Shown piece by piece: positions 10,750 through 23,744 of a stretch of DNA of 64,000 bases (position 1 is the first letter of the stretch; each line of letters begins with the position of its first letter). This stretch comes from Mobula hypostoma (taxonomy: Eukaryota), in assembly GCF_963921235.1 (NCBI RefSeq), contig NC_086109.1:33544001-33608000 (forward strand), given 5' to 3'. The position numbers and the translations under genes are program-made. The notes beneath the pieces were generated by a model. It was not told the DNA's origin. It saw nothing but the letters and a program-made list of their open reading frames with translations, and made no database searches.

Positions 10750-12312
10750 ATAACACTGTAAGACCCAGGAGCAGAATTAGGCCATTCTGTCTGTTGAGTC
10801 TGCTCTGCCATTTGATCATAGCTAATGGAGTTTTCCTCTCAATCCCATTCTCCTGCCTCCTACCTGTAACCTTTACTGTTCCTATTAATCAATAACCTTT
10901 TAACCATACCCAAAGTCTTGCCCTCAGCCATGTTCACCAATGAATTCCACAGATTTACCACCTTCTGGGTAAAGAAATTACCCCTCATCTCTGTTTTGAA
11001 TGGATGTCCTTTATTTTCAGGCTCCTTGTTTAGAGAATAGCCTAAGCCTTTTATACAGCGCACCAAAGTGTGTGACTTCCCTACACTGTATTCCATCGGC
11101 CACTTCTTTGCCCATTCTCCTTCTGCAGACTCCATGTTTCCTTAACACTACCTGTCCCTGCACCTGTCTTTGTATTGTCTGCCACAAAGCCATCGATTCC
11201 ATCATCCAGGTTATTAACATACAGTGTGAAAAGCAGCAGACCCAACCCCTGCTAAACTCCACGTCCCTGGCAGCCACCCAGAAAAGACCAGTTTATTCCC
11301 ACTCTTTGTCTCCTGTCAGCCAGTCAATCTTTATTATATTTTCTGTAATAATTTTGGCTCTTATCTTGTTCAGGAACCTTATTAAAATCCAAGTGAACAA
11401 CATCCCTTTTGTGTATCGTGCCTGTTAGCTCCTTAAAGAATTCCAACAGATTTGCCCTCAAGTAAACCATGCTGGCTTTGGCTTGTTGTGTTCCCTAAGT
11501 ACCCTACAGCTTCACCTTAATAACATCTTGACAATCACTGAAGAAGGCTAATTGACATATAATTTCCTGTCTTTTACATCCCCCCCTTTTTAAGAGCAGA
11601 GTGATGATATTCCTGTACGTCAGAACCATTCAAGAAACTACCAATACTTGAAAGATCACGACTAAGGCTTCCCCAATCTGTTTAGCTGGCTCATTCAGAA
11701 CACTGAGGTATTGCCCATCTGGTCCAAGAGACATCTAGCTTCGACATTTCAGCTTCCAAAGCACTTTTTCAAAACAATGACTACGCTCACTTCTGCCCCT
11801 GACTGGCAAGGTTCTTTTTCAGTTGGTTCACCATTCCTTTTTTCCCATTAGTAGCTCCCCAGTGTCATTTTCCAGTGCTCCAATGCCCACTCTTGACTTA
11901 ATTTTACTCTTTATATCTCTGAAAAAATCTTTTGGCATCCTCTTTTATGTTATTGTCTAGCGTACCTTCATATTTCATCTTTACTCTCCTTATTGTTTTT
12001 TCAGTTGGCTTTGGTTAGTTATTAAAGCTTCCCAATCCTTCAGCTTCCAACTAATTTTTGCTATATTGTATGCCCTCCCTTCTGTTTTTATGTTGCCTTT
12101 GACTTCCATTGTCTGCCATGGTTGCCTCATCCTCCCTTTGGAATACTTCTTCATCTTTGGGAATTATCTATCCTGTACCTTCTGAATTGCTGCCAGAAAC
12201 TCCAGCCATTGCTGCTCTGCTGTCATCCCTGCTGGTGTCCCATTCCAATTAACTTTGGCCAGTTCCCCTCTGATGCTTCTCTCATTGCCTTTACTCCACT
12301 GCAATACTGATA
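10750..12312 (-). mobile_element. CR1 LINE remnant, internally deleted
   Basis: EWAKKWPMEYSVGK and GHPFKTEMRGNFFTQKVVNLWNSL; collinear with the CR1 at 17700-20065. Confidence 0.85.
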
Positions 12313-12623
12313 CATTGGAGAGGGTGCAGAAGAGGTTCACAGGATGCTCTCTGGATTAGGGGCATGTGCTACTGTATAAGGAGAGGTCGGACAAACTTGG
12401 GTTGTCTTCTCTGAAGTAGTGAAGGCTGAGGAGAGACCTGATAGCGCCTGATAAGATTACGAGAGGCATAGATGGAGTAGACAGCTGGTATCTTTTTCCT
12501 CCAGTGTCAAATTGTCTACTACCAGAGAGCATACATTTGGAGAGATGAAGAATTTCTTTAGACAAAGGAATCTATGCAATTCTTTGCCACAAATGGCTTA
12601 GAAACCAAGCTCAGTAGTATTAA

Positions 12624-13509
12624 ACAAACAACAGGAATTCTGCAGGTGCTGAAAATTCAAACAACACACATCAAAGTTGCTGGTGAACGCAACAGGCCAG
12701 GCAGCATCTCTAGGAAGAGGTACAGTCGACGTTTCAGGCCGAGACACTTCCTCCCTTACCACCATTCAGGGCCCGAAACAGTCCTTCCAGGTGAGGCAAC
12801 ACTTCACCCGTGAGTCGACTGGGGTGATATACTGCATCCGGTCCTCCCGATGTGGCCTTCTATATATTGGCGAGACCCGACACAGACTGGGAGACCGCTT
12901 TGCTGAACACCTACGCTCTGTCCGCCAGAGAAAGCAGGATCTCCCAGTGGCCACACATTTTAATTCCACATCCCTTTCCCATTCTGACATGTCTATCCAC
13001 GGCCTCCTCTACTGTAAAGATGAAGCACACTCAGGTTGGAGAAACAACACCTTATATTCCGTCTGGGTAGCCTCCAAACTGATGGCATGAACATCAACTT
13101 CTCCAACTTCCGCTAATGCCCCACCTCCCCCTCGTACCCCATCCGTTATTTATTTTTATACACACATTTTTTCTCTCACTCTCCTTTTTCTCCCTCTGTC
13201 CCTCTGAATATACCTCTTGCCCATCCTCTGGGTCCCCCCCCCTTGTCTTTCTCCCCGGACCTCCTGTCCCATGATCCTCTAATATCCCCTTTGCCAATCA
13301 CCTGTCCAGCTCTTGGCTCCATCCCTCCCCCTCCTGTCTTCTCCTATCATTTTGGATCTCCCCCTTCCCCTCCCATTTTCAAGTCTCTTACTAACTCTTC
13401 CTTCAGTTAGTCCTGACGAAGGGTCTCGGCCTGAAACGTCGACTGTACCTCTTCCTAGAGATGCTGCCTGGCCTACTGCGTTCACCAGCAACTTTGATGT
13501 GTGTTGCTT
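12624..13509 (+). mobile_element. Penelope-like element, 5'-truncated, with a short inverted 3'-end copy (12624-12744)
   Basis: GIY-YIG region (GVIYCIRSSRCGLLYIGETRHRLGDRFAEH). Flanked by the direct repeat CAGTAGTATTAA (about 12612-12623 and 13510-13521). Confidence 0.93.
13409..13444 (+). ncRNA. Minimal type I hammerhead ribozyme motif in the Penelope 3' region
   Basis: AGTC-CTGACGA-AGGGTCTCGGCCT-GAAACGTC-GACT: stem I AGTC/GACT, core CUGANGA, stem II AGG/CCT, GAAA, palindromic ACGT in place of stem III, and a GUC cleavage triplet. Confidence 0.8.
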
Positions 13510-14309
13510 CAGTAGTATTAAGTGTTATTTGGTAACAAATGGCTTAGAAACCAAATGGAGGTTGATAGGTGCTTGATTAGTACGGGGTCAATGGTTATGG
13601 AGAGAAAGCAGGAGGATTGAGAGGAAAATGAAAAGACACTGGGACAGGTATGCAGAAAGGAAACTTCGGAGTGAGATGGGTCAAGTGCAGGCAGCTGGGA
13701 GAGACTCAGTTGGGGGTTTTGGTGGGGCTGAATACCGTTTCGTTTTCCACTCTCTGACCTTCATTGAGACTATTTCTCATCTGTACATGTTTTATAAACA
13801 GCTCCTTTCACAGCTGAAGTTCAAAGTCAACTTATTTTCCAAGTATGTTAAACATGTAGCATTTAACAATTCATTTTCTTGTAGGCATGGCAACTCAGCA
13901 CTTATCCCCAGCCTGGTGTGGGGAATGAGGCCATTTCCAGATGGGAAGGTGTGGAGCAGTGGGGAGAGGTGGTAGGGAGCCCTCCCAGAGGCAGAGGGTG
14001 GAGAGTGAGAAGGGGGAGTCTGGGACCTCCTGAGGGAGCTCTCCCTCCATTCTCCTCTTTCTCCCTCCTCACCCTCCCCTGCTCCCCTCCCTCCCCCACC
14101 ACTTCCCTCTCCCCTCCCCATCAGATTTGGACAAAACTATAAATCAGTTAAAATAGAAAGGCAGTTGGGAAACAGAAATTTAAGTACTTAGCTTTGTATT
14201 AGCTCAGTAGTATTAAGTGCTATTTGGTAACTGGAAAGATTTAATATGCACTATTGTGCAAAAGTCTTCGGCAGCCTAACTACAAAAAACTTTTGCTAGC
14301 ACTGTACTT

Positions 14310-16450
14310 GTCACCAGTGCATCCAAAACCAAACACTTATCACATCTCCACATAATTTTCAAGAGCTTAAGCCAAGATGGGCTAATTATTAACCCCACTA
14401 AATGCCACTTCAGTTTGTCTAGCATTGACTTTCCCAGCCACTGCATCTCCACAGAAGGTGCAACACTCCTAGCATCAAAAGTAGCCGCTATTATGGAATT
14501 TCCACTGCCTCACATTACGAAAGATCTGTAAGAGTTTTTAGGTATGGTCAATTTCTATCACCGTTTCATTCTGCGAACTGCTGAACTTATGTTCCCCTTG
14601 TATGGTGTTTTTAAAGGCAATGCCCCTAATCGTATGCTTGAGTGGTCAGTAGACACTACCAATGCATTTGATGACACCAAACAAGCTCTTTCGAATATGA
14701 TCCTACTAGCATATCTGCTCCCCACGTGCCTATAGCCATCACTACTGCTACCTCTGACTATGCTGTGGGTGCCATGGTGGACAGTTGGTTGGAGGCATGT
14801 GGCATCTGCTCACTTACTTCAGCTGGAAGCTCCACCCTCCAAGAGGAAGTACAGCGCATGTGACGGCAAGCTTCTCGCCTCTCTCTGGTCCCTGCCATTA
14901 CTGTTCTCTACTGGAGTTGGCATTTCACAGTGTTCGCTGACCACAAACCTCTCAAGCACGCGATGTCCAAAGCGTCAGACCGTTGGTCTGCATGGCAGCA
15001 ACGCTAGCTGAACTACATTTTGGAATTTATGACTGACATACTACACATCGAAGGGAAAAATAATGCTATCATTGATTGCCTCTCACAACCCATTGTCAAT
15101 GCCATACACATTGGATTGACTCTGCCAGTATAAAGCTGAAAATCATCAGACCCAGAGGTCCAGGCTTACAAGACTGCAGTCATGGGCTTGCATCTGGCTG
15201 ATGTCAAGTTCGGGGAAACAGGAGTTTCTATCTTGTACAATGTATCAGCCTGTTGCCCCTTGCTCCATTGTGCCTGTGAACAGGAGTTGTGCTGTTTTTA
15301 ACCTCCTTCATGGCCTCTTGCACCTGGGCAAGAAGGGTTCACAAAAAACTGCTGGCTTTAAAGTTTGTGTCGCATGGCCTTAGGAAGGACATGCAAGACT
15401 GGAATGTGGCCTGTGTTGTCTGTCAGCAGGCAATAATTAGTCACCACGTTCGGGCACCATTGTTACCTTTCGAGGCCCCTGAGTGACAATTTAGCCACAC
15501 CTGGTTGGTCCTCTCTCTCCTTCCCACAGTTCATGTATCTCTTTACCATGGAGCAGCATAGCGCCAGGTGGCCAGAGGTTGTCCTTCTCGCAATGGCGAT
15601 AGCTGTGGACGTGGCTTAGGTGTTCATCACCACCTGGGTCGCTCAGTTCAGCACCCCATCTGATATTTCTTCGGAAAGTGGTCCCTAATTCACCTCAGAA
15701 TGCTGGGACCCAGTGGCCCAGAACCTGAACGTTAAACTGCATCAAACCACAGCGCATCACCCACAGTCCAACAGCCTGTGCAAGCTGTTTCACCGTTCAT
15801 TAAAGGCTGATCTGAGGGCCTGCCTGACAGATGAGAGTTGTCACAGTCATCTTGCATGGGTCCTGCTGGGTTTTCAGAACGGCTCTAAAAGAGGACCCAC
15901 AGTCCTCTGCACCCGAGTTACGTATGTGCAGCTGCTACAGGTGCTGGGTGATTGTATTCCTGATGCCATGACTGTCTTGTCGGTGTCTCAGCAATGTTCT
16001 GCCCTTCTCAGTAAACTCAGCTCTTTTTCACCTATTCCCATCTCCCATCAGACGATACAGCACTCTCAGGTTCCAGTTAACCTATGTTCTACCTCCTTCT
16101 TTTTTGTCCACCGTAGTGCACATGAATATCCCTTTTAAGCCCCCTTACAATGGTCCACTCTGTGTTTTGGAGTGGGGCAAAAAGACTTTTATTGTAGATA
16201 GGAAGGGTAAAGCTGAATGTATTTCCCTAGATTGCATGCAACCAGCCTAGCAAGACCTGGATGGTTCCACTCCCATACCCTCTGCATCGTGACATGACCG
16301 TTTGCATGTCAGAACATCCCTGGACAAGCCAGGGGCACCTGCTGTTACTCCAACTAAGGCACATAGCACCTGAGCCAGGTCGCTCGTACGAGCTCCAGAC
16401 AGAATCACAATGCCAGTTTTGGTGAGTTCTGGGGGTGGGGCGAGGGATGC
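14310..16450 (+). mobile_element. Ty3/Gypsy pol remnant (RT end, RNase H, integrase), heavily mutated
   Basis: FLGMVNFYHRFI, HIEGKNN, HGLRKDMQDWNVACVVCQ and TTAHHPQSNSLCKLFHRSLK. A G-rich PPT-like tract lies at about 16430-16447. Confidence 0.88.
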
Positions 16451-17699
16451 CTGTTTAAAGTAATGTAATGGGTGACAGATGACGCATATTGTTCAGAACA
16501 GAAACTGTTCTACATAATTCACAAACACCGTCATTGAGTTGCTGTTTTCACTTTAAGAGATGGTGTCTGATGTAATGAAGTTGGTGTAAGGTGACTGCTT
16601 TTGGTTTGTTTGTAATGGAAGTAATGGGCTGTGGCTTTGGTTAGCACATAATACAACTCACAAAATCCAACAAGGGCAGCTATCCAGCTCTGAGCTCATG
16701 ATTACAGGGGCTGAAAGAATTCAACCGTTGTGTGAGCCCCTGCCCCTCTGGGGATGTACCACTGGGGCCAATATACCCTCCCTGGGCATGACAGTTACAG
16801 GAATGAAGATGCCCCATAGGAATTGTGGGGAGAGGTGATGGGTAGGTACACATTGGAGAGTGGGGAGTCAAATAAAGGGCCAATTGAGATCCTTGACTGC
16901 CCTCTCCAAAGTTTAACCCCCACAGAAGATGGATACCCCTGAGTGGGGTGGAGTCTGGGAGGGTGGTTCCCACAAATTAACTGGTGCCAACTGGAAACCA
17001 GGGACACAGGGCAGGGTTGATGCCACCAGAGAGTATGATGTGTGGCCCTAGTGAAGGACACACGAACAGTAGGTGTCAGTGCTTGGGGAAACTTGATCCT
17101 GGGCAGGGTTGTCTCAGAGCCAGTTGATGCCAGACAAGGACCCTTCCTTTTTTCTGGGAGGTCATAGTACTAGTGTGTATTGGGGGTTTACTCAACAGTG
17201 TCAACTGGGAAGCCAGCAACTAGTTGGCGAGCAACTTTGACCTCCCTTTCCTCTCTTTCTCATTGGATGGAACAACGGGGGGATTCTCTGAGACTCTGTT
17301 TGCCTCAGTGCCAGGGTGGAGTCCCCAGCCGCCATTGGCTGGAATTGACCACATGGACTGGGCCCTCTCCAGTGCCAGTGCGGTAACTCTGCACAACGCC
17401 GACCTGAGCCTGGAGTTGGAGTAGGGTCGATTGCTATTGCCGATACAGTGTAGCGGAGACCAACGGGGGAAGACGCATTCTCAAATTTCACCAAGAAACA
17501 ATCAGACCAAATAAATTCAGGCAAAACTAGTCGGGATGACAAATAAACATCAGCACACAGAAATAGCAACTTTTAAAATAGAAATAAATCATTGTAAAAA
17601 CATATTTAGAGTTGGAAAGGTGAACTGTCCAGTAGTCACTTTCAGGGATCTTTGTACTTGTACCCCTCGGTCTCCCTGTTCTGCAACTTTGTGCGTTAG

Positions 17700-20600
17700 A
17701 CCATAAGACATAGAATCACAATTAAGCCATTTGGCCCATCAAGTCTGCTGTCATTTCATCATGACTGATCCATTTCACTCTCTGCCCCAATCTCCTGCCT
17801 TCTCCCCGTAACCCTTCATACCCTGACAAATCAAGAATATACACAATGACCTGGCCTCCACAGCCGCTTGTGGCAATTAATTCCATTGATTCACCACTCA
17901 CTAGCAAAAAAAAATTCTTCCTCATGTTCATTCTAAATGGATGTCCTTCTATTCTGAGGCTGTGCCCTCTGTCCTGGAATCCCCCACTATAGGAAACATC
18001 CTCTCCACATCTACTCTGTCGAGGCCTTTCAACATTTGATAAGTTTCAATGAGATCTCCCCTCATTCTTCTGAATTCCATTGTAATGGTTCTGGGCTGTA
18101 CTCACAGTTCTCATACAGTAACCCTTTCATTCCTGGAATCATTCTTGTGAACCTCCTCTGAACTCCTCCAATGTCAGCACATCCTTTGTTAGAGAAGGAG
18201 CCCAAAACTGCTCATAATATTCCAAGTGAGGCCTTACCAGTGGCTTACAGAGCCTTAACATTACATCCTTGCTTTTATATTCTAGTCCTCTAGAAATGAA
18301 TGCTAACATTGCATTTGCCTTCCTCACAACTGACTCAACATGTAAATTAATATTTAGGGAATACTGTACGAAGATTCCCAAGTCCATTTACACCTCGGAT
18401 TTTTGAATTTTCTATGCATTTAGTAAATAATCCACACTTTTGATTCTTCTACCAGAATGTGTAACTATAGACTTCTGGACACTGTATTCCATCTGCCACT
18501 TTGCCCATTCCCCTAATCTGTCTAAATCATTCTGCAGCCTATCTGCTTCCTCCACATTATCTGCCCATCCACCTATCCTAGTAACGTCAGCAATCTTAGC
18601 CACAAAGTCATCAATTCTGTCATCCACATCATTAACATTGTAATGTAAAGAGAAGTGATCCCAACACAGTCCCTTGTGGAACACCGCTAGTCACCAACAG
18701 CCAACCAGAAAAGGCTCCCTTTATTCCCACTCTTTGCCTCCTGCCAATCAGCCAATGCTCTATCCATGCTCGAATCTTTCCTTTAATACCATAGGCTCAT
18801 AGCTTGTTATGCAGCCTCATGTGTGGCACTTTGTTGAAGGCCTTCTGAAAGTCCCAATACACATCAACCGATTCTCCTTTGTCTAGTCTGCTTGTTATTT
18901 CTTCAAAGAATTCCAACAGATTTGTCAGGCAAGATTTTTCCTTCAGGAAACCATGCTGACTATGGCTTAATTTATTATGTGTCTCCAAATACCCCGAAAC
19001 CACATCCATAACAATCAATTCCAACATCTTCCCAACCACTGCGGTCAGACTAGCTGGCCTATAGTTTCCATTGATTATTGAAAGATCTTTACTGATGCTG
19101 CCACAATCTCTTCAGCGACCACTTTCTGAACCCTGGGGTGTAAACTATTTGGTCCAGACGATTTATCTACCTTGAGACCTTTCAGTTTCCCAAGCACCTT
19201 CTACCCAGTAATGGCAACTCCACTCACTTCAGTTCCTGATACTTTCGAACTTCTGGCATACTGCTAGTGTCTTCTAGAGTGAAGACTGATGCAAAATCTG
19301 CATCAGTTCATCTGCCATTTCCTTGTCCCCCATTACTACCACTTCAGCATTATTTTCAAGTGGACTGATATGTACTCTTGCCTCTCTTTTATACTTTATG
19401 TATCTGAAGAAACTTTTTCTATTACCTTTAATATTATTGGCTAGCTACATACCTTCATGTTCCATCTTTTGCTTCTTTATAACTTTTTAATTCCCTTCTG
19501 TTGGTTTTAAAAGCTTCCCAATCGTCGAATTTCCCACTAACTTTTGCTCTATTTTATGCTCTCTTTTTGGCTTTTACATTGGCTTTGACTTCTCCTGTCA
19601 ACCATGGTTGCGTCATCCTACCTTTAGAATATTTCTTCTTTGGGATGTATCTGTCCTGCGCTTTCCGAATTGCTCCCGAAAATTCCAGCCATTGCTGCTC
19701 TATTGCTTGTGTTCACTTCCAATTAATTTTGGCCAACTCCTCCCTCAAGCTATTATAATTCCCTTTACTCCGCTATAATACTGATGCATCTGACTTGAGA
19801 TTCTCCTCAAATTTCAGGGTGAATTCCATCATATTATGATCACTACCCCCTAAGGGCTCCTTTACCTTAACCTCTCTAATCAATTTCGGTTCATTGCACA
19901 CCGCACAATCCTGAATAGTTGATCCCCTGGTGGACTCAACTACGAGCTGCCCTAAAAAGCCATCTTATAGGCATTCTAGAAATTTCTCCTCTTGGAATCC
20001 AGCACTAAGCTGATTTTCCCAATCTACCTGCATATTGAAATCCCCCATGACGGTCGAAACATTGAATAAATTGAATGATTTGATGTTATTTCTTAAATCC
20101 TTCACATACATGAGGAGTAAAAGTCTATACACTATTGCTCTGTCTAAATATGCAATGTGCAATTTATAATAATTTGTAATAAATAGTATGTACACAGGAC
20201 AGTCAATATAACATAGAAATACAATTGTATCGGTGTGAATTAATCAGTCTGATGGCCTGATGGAAGAAGCTGTCCTGGAGCCTGTTGATCCTGGCTTTTA
20301 TGCTGCAGTATCGCTTCCTAGATGGTAGCAGCTGCAACAGTTTGTGGTTAGGGTGACTCAGATCCTCAATGATCCTTCGGGCCCTTTTTATACATCTGTC
20401 TCTGTAAATGTCCTGAATAGTGGGAAGTTCGCGTCTACAGATGCGCTGGTCTGTCCACCCCACTCTCTGCAGAGTCCTGCAATTGAGGGAAGTACAGTTC
20501 CCATACCAGGCAGTAATGCAGCCAGTTAGGATGCTCTCAATTGTGCCCCTGTAGAAAGTCCTTAGGATTTGGGGACTCGTGCCAAACTCCTTCAACCGTC

Positions 20601-21615
20601 TGAGTTGAAAGAGGCGCTGTTGTGCTTTTTTCAACACACAGCTGGTGTGTACAGACCACGTGAGATCCTCGGTGATGTGTATGCTGAGGAACTTAAAGCT
20701 GTTCACCCTCTCAACCCCAGATCCATTGATGTCAATAGAGGTTAGCCTGTCTCCATTCCTCCCGTAGTCCACAACCAGCTCCTTTGTTTTTGCGACATTG
20801 AGGGAGAGGTTGTTTTCTTGACGTCACTGTGTCAGAACTACTTCTCCGTAGGCCACCTCATTATTATTTGAGATTAGACCAATCAATGTAGAGTCACTGC
20901 AAATTTAATTAGGACATTGGAGCGGTGGATGGTGACACAGTCATGGGTATACAGAGTAGAGTAAAGGACAAGGCTTAGTACACAGCCCTGAGGGGCACCT
21001 GTGTTGAGAGTCAGAGAGGCAGAGGTGAGAGAACCCACTCTTACCATCTGCTGGCGATCTGATAGGAAGCCCTTTTGACATGCATTTTCTATCCCACATT
21101 GTAATTTGTGGACCACATCTTTACTACTGTTTGAAGGTCCGTATATAACTCCCATCAGAATCCTTTTACCCTTGCAGTTTCTTAGCTCTACCCTCAACAA
21201 TTCTATGCTTTCTGATCCTATGTCACCTCTTCCTAATGATTTGAATTCATTTTTTAGCAACAGAGCCACTCTACCCCTCAGCTTATCTGCTTGTCCTTTC
21301 GATACAATGTGCATATTTGGATGTTAAGCTCGCAGCTATCATCTTCTTTCCGCCACGGTTCAGTGATGCCCACAATGTCATACATGCCATCCTGTAACTG
21401 TGCTACAAGTTCATCAACCTTATTCCATATACTGCATGCATTCAAATATAACACCTTCAGTCCTGGATTCATCACCTTTTTTGATTTTGTCTCCCTTTTA
21501 CATTGCAACTCATCCCATCGACTACAGTTTTGCCCTGTCATCAGCCTCTCCTTGCTGACCACCTCAATGCACGTAGCCTCTATTTGTAAACCGACTGCCC
21601 CATCCTCAGCCCTGG
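17700..21615 (-). mobile_element. CR1 LINE, near-complete degenerate ORF2, interrupted by Rex1 at about 20068-21065
   Basis: LKVLYLNACSIWNKVDEL (APE start), SQHGFLKEKSCLTNLLEFFEE, DFQKAFNKVPH and LVRPHLEY..QFWAP. Confidence 0.93.
20068..21065 (-). mobile_element. Rex1/Babar-type LINE 3' fragment
   Basis: LNTGAPQGCVLS and ORF 20203-20772 VERVNSFKFL.IHITEDLTWS...KKAQQRLF.LRRL...FYRGTIESILTGCITAWYG. Confidence 0.9.
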
Positions 21616-21621
21616 ATCCAT

Positions 21622-22465
21622 GACTTCCTCAAGAGAAGATTACAGTCTATGCAGATCAGAAATAATGTCTCCTCCTTGATGACAATCAACACTGGGTCAC
21701 CTCAGGGCTGTGTGCTTGGCCCACTGCTCTATTCTCTATACCTAGTTCTGTGTGGCTAGGCACAGCTCAAATGCCATCTATATATTTGCTGATGACACAA
21801 CTATTGTTGGCAGAATTACAGATGGTGTCGAGATATATTAGTTAGCTGAGTGATGTCGCAGCAGCTACCTTGCACTCAACGTCATTAAGACCAATGAACT
21901 GATTGTGGACCAGAAAGGGTAAGATGAGGGAACACACAACAGTCCTTATAGAGAGGTGAGAAGTGGAACAGGTGAGCAGTTTCAAGTCTGTGGGTGTTAA
22001 CATCTCTGAGGATCTATCCAGTTACGAAGAAGCCACACCAGTAGCTGTATTTCATTCAGAGTTTAACAAGAATTGCTATGTCACCAAAGACACACACAAA
22101 TTTCTACAGACGCATTCTAACTGGCTGTATCACCCATCTGGTAAGGTGGGGAGGGGAACTGCACAGGATCAAAGTAAGCTGCAGAGAGTTGTAAACTTAG
22201 TCACCTCCATCATGGGCACTAGCTTCTACAGCAGCCAGAACATCTTCAAGGAGCGATGCCTGAAAACGGCAGCATCCATCGTTCAGGACCCCCTACACCC
22301 AGGTCATGTCCTCTTCTCATTGCTACCATCAAGGAGCAGCCGGAAGAATGCATTCAATGATTCAGGGACTGCTTCTTCCCCCTCGTCATCAGATTTCTTA
22401 ATGGACATTGAACCCATGAACACTATCTCACTATTTTTCCCTCTCTTTGCCCTACTTATTTCATT
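21622..22465 (+). mobile_element. Rex1/Babar-type LINE fragment
   Basis: NTGSPQGCVLGPLL, FADDTTIVG and EQVSSFK..GVNISEDLS. Confidence 0.85.
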
Positions 22466-22471
22466 TAACTA

Positions 22472-23392
22472 CTGGGATAAAGGAGCATTGGGGACTTGGA
22501 AGTGTCAAGGCCACAGTCCTGGAAGAAATGCAAAACATCCATGAGTATGTCAGGAAGATGGGCCCTAAGGATGACCTGCTAGGAGAATACCTTAGACAGC
22601 AGTTAGGGGATATGGAAATGGAAGTGGGTGAAGCAGGGCCAGAGGACCAGGGACCATGGCAGGACAAGCCACTGCTGGAGATGTACCATCACCAGATATC
22701 AGAGGTGGCTGACTTTAGAAAGTCCTATCAATGGCTGGAGATGGCAGGGTTGAGGGACAGCACAGAGGTGCTTAACATGGTCGTACAAGAGTAGGCGCTG
22801 AGCACAAGAGCAATAGAAGCAGGGGTCTGTCAGACATGATCCCAAATGCAGACCGTGCACCTTGGGTCTTGAAACCATCCAGCGCATAGCAGCAGGGTGC
22901 AGGGACAGCCTACACGGAACAGCACAACCAAGTTGCAGGAATTGTGTGCAGGAAGATTGGCACTGAGTATGGATAGGATACTCCCAAGCCCAAACGGGAA
23001 ATGCCCGCGAATGACAGAACTAAGATCCTGTGGGACTTCCAAATACAGACTTATAAGCAGGTACTGGCCAACCAACCAGACATAGTAATACTGGACAAGG
23101 AACAGAAGAATGCAATAGTAATAGATATGGCAATCCCGAATGACAGTAACATCAGGAAGTAAGAATATAAGAAGCTGGAGAAATACCAGGGCCTAAAAGA
23201 GCAGATAGAAAGGATGTGGAAGGTTAAAGCCAGAGTAATCCCAGTGGTGATACGAGCACTTGGACTGGGAGAGTGGCTCCAACAAATTCCAGGAACAACA
23301 TCTGCGACCTTGGTCCAGAACAGTAAGGATACTGTGCCAAACCCTTAACCTCCCAGGCCTCAGGTAGAGGACCCGAGATTGAGGGAAAAATA
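22472..23392 (+). mobile_element. R4/Dong-clade (RLE-encoding) non-LTR retrotransposon 3' fragment
   Basis: WQDKPL..MYH...SYQWL..AGLRDSTE, a CCHC-like DPKCR.C..ETIQ, then KILWDFQIQT....ANQPDIVILDK....IVIDMAIP...KKLEKYQ (PD..D restriction-like endonuclease). Confidence 0.88.
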
Positions 23393-23744
23393 CACATCTG
23401 CCTGTCTCTGCTCTCGTCTTCGTCGACTTCAACCTTGCTCGATGCCTTAATTAAAGAGAGGCAGTTGAGTTGATCATGGGATTGTGCCCAGCCTCCCAGC
23501 TTCCAGGCTACCAGACTGCGTACTCTGCTTTCAACCTCACCAAGCTCCCTGCAAGACAGCAAAGCACCAGATTGCTTAATTGGCCCTAAAACACCATCAA
23601 AATGTAAATCACAGGTTCCAATCACATGCACTTTTGTAGTAGAATCATATTTGAAAGAAGAAGTACAAGAAGAAGTTTAGTGACCTGTGGGTAGTTTAGT
23701 GGCCTGCTGCGTTCCACCAGCATTTTGTGTGTGTTAGTGAGCTG

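Noticed and set aside
20883..21314. 143-aa ORF joining APE-like and RT-like motifs as a novel fusion
   Set aside because: Chance in-frame read-through across the CR1/Rex1 insertion junction at about 21065.
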